This document shows positions 59,550-64,000 of a stretch of 64,000 nt of DNA, in pieces. The stretch lies in IMG/VR virus record IMGVR_UViG_3300049491_000674; one strand, 5' to 3'. The notes beneath the pieces are model-generated. The model did not search any database. It was not told where the DNA came from and saw nothing but the letters and a program-made list of their open reading frames with translations. This stretch comes from an uncultured virus (IMG/VR IMGVR_UViG_3300049491_000674) (taxonomy: Duplodnaviria; Heunggongvirae; Uroviricota; Caudoviricetes). A program made the translations under genes and the position numbers. Every line of letters starts with the position of its first letter. Position 1 is the first letter of the stretch.

Positions 59550-60218
59550 GTTCACCCTTACACCAGGCTAATCAACAAAGAGGTTGCAAACTGCTCTCAA
59601 AGCGGTGTACAGGGGGGTTGTTCATCCCTTCTCGTCCAGAAGGGTCTGGTTACAAGGCTCCTTGCTCCTTCGGGAGACAGAGAGACTTCCTCGAAGGAGG
59701 AGATTTTTCTGAAAAGCCCCGTGGTTTAGGTGGGTCGGACGACCGTAAGGTTGACCTAAGTGGTTTTTCCTCCGAGAGGGGAAGAATCGAAGGAAGCTTC
59801 AGGTGGGAAACCTGAAAGCCCCTCGAACGAGTAGGAACCAAGAACACGAAGGTCTTTCCCAGCTGTCTGGATCTTCCGACCCTCTTCTGAGGGACTCTTC
59901 CGAAGCCTAGAACAACTAAAACTACTCTCTTTCAGATCCTTCTCTTTCATTCTCAAACTCATACTTCTTTTAGTGATCGAAGCTTAACTGCAACGAGAGC
60001 TAGTAGAGCAGGTACAGCGGATAGAGTAGAGACGGCAGATAGCGCAGTAGCAAGTGGCTCTAGTGCACTAAAGACGTCGGATACACTGGATGTAGTGGGT
60101 CAAGAAAGAGCGCGAATGAGCTGAGAAGGCTTGTTTCTCGCTGTGAGAACCTGTAAGATGGGAGTCTCTTCTTGAGAGCCACCTGTACTCCTCTTTGAGT
60201 AGGTCGCCTTCCTGAGGG

Positions 60219-60662
60219 ATGGAGCTTCAAATGAAGAACGCAGTAGCCCTAACGACCTCCTCTGAGGTCGGGAAGGTCGTAGATTATGCGATTGAAACGA
60301 ATCGCATGGTGTGCCACCTCACAGGAGAGCTGGATGTCTGCAAGACCCATCTTCGTCGAGAGGGTGTGGAAAAAGCGGAGTTTTTGAAAACCTCCTCAGC
60401 AGAGATCTCTGGCCTCTTGGGGAAAGCCCAGATCATTCTCACGCGACCTCAGGTGAGAATCCGAAAAGGGGTTGACCTTCTAGCTGCGGAGGCGGCATTC
60501 CCTCCAGGAGTTTTTGACCTCCTCTTCGTGAAGAAGACAGTGGTGGAGCTAGCGCCAGATTTTGAGGATAAGCTTCGTTGTCTACCCCTGATTCAACAGC
60601 GGGCGATCCGAAATCTCATTCAATTCGCTGCGTCGACTCCTCGTGTCAACCTACCGAAGTAA
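60219..60662 (+). CDS. hypothetical protein
   Basis: ORF with RBS. Confidence 0.7.
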   Translation: MELQMKNAVALTTSSEVGKVVDYAIETNRMVCHLTGELDVCKTHLRREGVEKAEFLKTSSAEISGLLGKAQIILTRPQVRIRKGVDLLAAEAAFPPGVFDLLFVKKTVVELAPDFEDKLRCLPLIQQRAIRNLIQFAASTPRVNLPK

Positions 60663-61218
60663 CCCGCTCATGGTTTTGAAGTGGGAAGAAGGTGGCGATG
60701 TAGGCCCAAAGGATGGTGGAGTGGCTTTCTGTTCCCGAGGAGGATCCTACTTCAATGGCTCTATCCCAGAGCAACTTGGAGGTAGTTCGGTCACCCTCAG
60801 CCAGCTTTTTCACGGCATCAAACCAAAGACGGAGGGTCATAACGTGGACCGCTCCCTCGGGGCTCCCTTCAGGCAGCCTCTCTGTAATCCTTTGACTCTC
60901 ACGGTAAGTCCTCGTTGGGTCTGACCCATTTGCCCACGCCAACCAAGCCATCCCCACTGTCTCAAAAAGGTGGGCTTCCCAGTTCTCTTCAGATGGGACC
61001 CCATCCAGCACAAGAATAGGTTGACCCAAGATTTTCTGCATAGCGGCTCGGGACAAGGTGTCCTGCATCGAGGTAGGGCTCCCCATGACATCCAAAGCCT
61101 TTCTGACCGCGAGGAGGGCGTCCGTAACGCTGCCTCGCCCCTCTACCACACGGCCAGCTGCCTGCTGGGCAGCCATCTCAGCCATCAGTTCTTGTAGACC
61201 GTTGTCGTTGTTAGGCAT
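60646..61218 (-). CDS. hypothetical protein
   Basis: ORF. Confidence 0.65.
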   Translation of the reverse strand: MPNNDNGLQELMAEMAAQQAAGRVVEGRGSVTDALLAVRKALDVMGSPTSMQDTLSRAAMQKILGQPILVLDGVPSEENWEAHLFETVGMAWLAWANGSDPTRTYRESQRITERLPEGSPEGAVHVMTLRLWFDAVKKLAEGDRTTSKLLWDRAIEVGSSSGTESHSTILWAYIATFFPLQNHERVTSVG

Positions 61219-61484
61219 AGGCCGGAAAAGTATGTGGCCCCGACGGGCATCATCAGGGCCACATAAAAGGGGACCATGGCAAGTCCGTCCCGAGATCAAT
61301 ACACCGACATGAAAACCTTTGCAACGGAAGATAGCGTTTTTACAGCCGATTGTCCTCCCGCCCTTACTTCCTTGACATCAACCACGCAGTTCCTGTAGTT
61401 TTACCCTTTCGTTTTAGGTATTCTGGGCGGCACCCCAGGAATGTTTTTGATCCCTAAGACCCGTCAACTAGTACGGAGGCAACC

Positions 61485-62285
61485 ATGGCAAACCCGCTCA
61501 CCATTCCAAAGAACGATCACGAGATGGCCCGCGACTGGTCAAAGTTCATCGGCCAGACCCTTCGGGGCCGGAATCGTATCTCATTCAACTTCGAGGACGT
61601 CTTCCAGGACATCCTCTTGAAGCTCGTGACCTCAAAGGTCGTCGAGAAGTTTTGGGCGGGGGTGTCTGAACGCTCGCACCCTTTGACGGTGACGGCGGAT
61701 GAGGCCGCAAAAATGCTCGGCATTTCGTTGGGGGACTTCATCTCCTTTCAGATCGAGTCGAGCGATTCGTTGACTCCTGTCAACGGGAAGGGTCAACCGA
61801 TCCCAGATGGGTTGGGGTATTCGAGCCCTGCGGCCTTGTACCTCTTCGCGGATGTGATCGTCCTTGGGGCCTCGGTTGTTTTTGCTGGGCAAGGGGTTCA
61901 GCAGCTTCCGCCTCCGAAGGACCCCACGGTCTCCCAGTTTCGAGCGTACCTGTTGGTGGCGATCCACAACCACGTCTCGAACGTCTGTCGTCGTCACGCT
62001 CGTAAGTTCAACAAGGAGCACGCTCCTGATCACTTCGCTTGTTTTCGTACCTCTGAGGGCACGATCGAGTTCGAAGGTTCTCTTGTCGACGAGGGAGCAG
62101 CGGCGGACATAGAGAATGGGGCTGAGGCTGGCCTCATGCTGCGACGCACCCCTGGCATCATGACCAAGAAGTCGAAAGACGAGAAAACTGTCTTCGACCT
62201 CATTCACGAAGGTTACTCCATCGCAGAAGCAGCACGGGCGTGTCGTCTGACCCGTCATGAGCTGCGAGTGCTGACCCGCGAGTTA
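61485..62285 (+). CDS. sigma-70/ECF-like factor with insertion (TTA end)
   Basis: FEDVFQDILLKL, FRAYLLVAIHNHVSNVCRR, EGYSIAEAARAC; class I promoter. Confidence 0.55.
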
Positions 62286-62310
62286 TCCTTCGATAGCAGT
62301 TAGGTTGGTG

Positions 62311-63114
62311 ATGGATCACGTTGCCAGCCTACTGCACAAGGTATCGGGCCTCCGACGGAAGATTTGGTCGAGTCTTCCTTGGGGGTACCGTCTTGCCACG
62401 ATTTTCCTCGCTCTCGATAACTCAAGTATCGAGGCGTGGGGACGTCAGATGGGGGCTCTGATGCTCCAGTCTGGGGTGACAGACCTTCCCGACCCTGGTC
62501 CAAAGTGGAATCCAGCAAAGCCCAACCCCAAAGATCTTCCCCGGTATTATCTCAACGAGATGGCCAAGAAGGCGTACGGGATCGCGCTTAAGAGTTCGAA
62601 GAACCCTGAGGATGCTGGGGATGCGATGATGGATGTGGTGGTGGACTTTCTCAGTAAGTCCACCCTCAAGGCCATGCCTGCTAAGTCGGCTATCAGCTAT
62701 GTCTTGAAAGCTGTTGACTGGAAAGCGGGGGCTCTTCGGAAGAAGAATAAGGGGGATCGCAGCACTACGATTGACGACGACGGGGAGGAAACTACCCTTG
62801 ATCTCGTGGACGACGCGTTTACGTCCAACCCCTACTGGAATGAGAACCCCAGGCAGTTTCGCGAGTTGGCCGAAGCTTTCCCTGAGGATGTTTGGGATCG
62901 TGCTGTTGTCCCCGCTTTGAAGCGAGAGCACCCAGACATGCCTCTCTTTTTCGAACTTCTTGGGGATGGGTACAACGCCAAAGAGATCATTGAGGAGGGG
63001 ATGCTTCCCCACTTCGACGCCGCTGAGTATAAGACCCCTGTTCAGACGTGGAATGCCAAGGTGCAGAAGATCAAGATGGTCCTTCGTGACATCGCTCAGC
63101 GAGCGGACAACTTA
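62311..63114 (+). CDS. ECF sigma-like protein (TTA end shared with convergent TAA)
   Basis: AYGIALKSSKNPEDAGDAMMD, SYVLKAV, DGYNAKEI. Confidence 0.5.
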
Positions 63115-63366
63115 GACGGGTAGCTTTGTGAGCTTGAGCTTTTCGGTTCGGGAAAGCTTCTTGATTGCTGCTTCACGTCGAAGAGCGTCACCCTTGTCGG
63201 TGTAGTCCTCTATCAGCACGATGCTCCAAGGTCGGCCACACCTCGTGGCTTTGGCCCCACGGGTACCCTTCCCATTGTGGGCGGCAAGCCTGTCTTGTGG
63301 CTTAAGGGCAATCCCTGTGTATGTTCGGCCGGTACTAGGGCTATAGAGAAGGTAGACGAACCACAT
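63112..63366 (-). CDS. GIY-YIG nuclease (UPF0213/SLX1-like)
   Basis: WFVYLL..TYTGI..RLAAHN..GAKATR..RPW..ALRREAAIKKL. Confidence 0.88.
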   Translation of the reverse strand: MWFVYLLYSPSTGRTYTGIALKPQDRLAAHNGKGTRGAKATRCGRPWSIVLIEDYTDKGDALRREAAIKKLSRTEKLKLTKLPV

Positions 63367-63928
63367 GGCAGATAGCTTTCTTGCTCAACAGCTTCCAGCG
63401 TTTACGGCACCCGATCACCCATCGCATGTCTGCCATGAGCCTTTCACTTTTAAGCTCGGAGGTCAACCTTGGGCTGTTGCAGCGGGAGGCCCCTGGTTTG
63501 TTGCGGTGAAGGGGTTTAGCTCATTCTCCCTGATGCATGACCCCGCTGGCATCGTCGAGGCGTACCTCAACATGGCTCCTGTGAATGCCCTTGAGGTACC
63601 TACCCCACATCTGAAGGAGTGGGCCGGAGACTTCCCTTTGGACGGGAAGTTTGATGAGCAAAGCAGGAAGGGTTTGGTGCAGGGGGTCTTGGTTGATCGT
63701 CGAAAGCTGGCCTTTTTGGTCTCTCGTTACCCTTTCCCTAAGATCACTTTTTGGGACTCAACCTCTGCGGTGGGGGTGAGGTCCGTGACTCTTGAGTCCA
63801 GGGGGAAGTGGAGAGCTGTTCTTGCGGGTCTTGACGACAACGCTATCCCCCAAGACACCCCTTCCTACCAATACCGGGTTGAGGGATCTGATGCCTTTGA
63901 CCTGATGGCTTCGTTGCCCGAGGAGTAG
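63365..63928 (+). CDS. hypothetical protein
   Basis: 187-aa ORF. Confidence 0.65.
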   Translation: MADSFLAQQLPAFTAPDHPSHVCHEPFTFKLGGQPWAVAAGGPWFVAVKGFSSFSLMHDPAGIVEAYLNMAPVNALEVPTPHLKEWAGDFPLDGKFDEQSRKGLVQGVLVDRRKLAFLVSRYPFPKITFWDSTSAVGVRSVTLESRGKWRAVLAGLDDNAIPQDTPSYQYRVEGSDAFDLMASLPEE

Positions 63929-64000
63929 GGTCAGATCACCAACTGAGATCGCCTTCGAGTTTTTTCATCTTCAGCCTCGTGATGATGAATGGCCCGTAGG

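Overview
Apart from a GC-rich first ~620 bp, the window looks like part of a large (jumbo-type) bacteriophage genome. It holds about 115 tightly packed, mostly hypothetical genes. Recognisable functions include virion-like Gly/Thr-rich proteins, an M15 endolysin, dCTP deaminase, homing endonucleases, two sigma-like genes and a tRNA/RNA-repair toolkit (Ro60/TROVE, CCA-adding enzyme, two 2H phosphoesterases, HAD phosphatase, Pth2-like hydrolase, AlkB). Main observation: TTA appears to act as a stop codon. Reading by eye, I found no in-frame TTA inside any intact gene. About 20 genes have one exactly at their natural end: TTATG stop-start overlaps, TTA/TAA triplets shared by convergent genes, and positions just before a tRNA or ncRNA. 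CDS ends below use that TTA where noted. Other observations: an amber (CUA) tRNA, a UAG-gated RGPP leader upstream of a Pth2-like operon, a C-terminal T-x-W/F-E-R-L-x-x-D-D motif on ~11 unrelated proteins, two recurring promoter classes, and several structured ncRNA candidates including a Y-RNA-like unit beside Ro60. Several frameshifts show the assembly has indel errors. All calls come from reading motifs by eye; no database searches were run.
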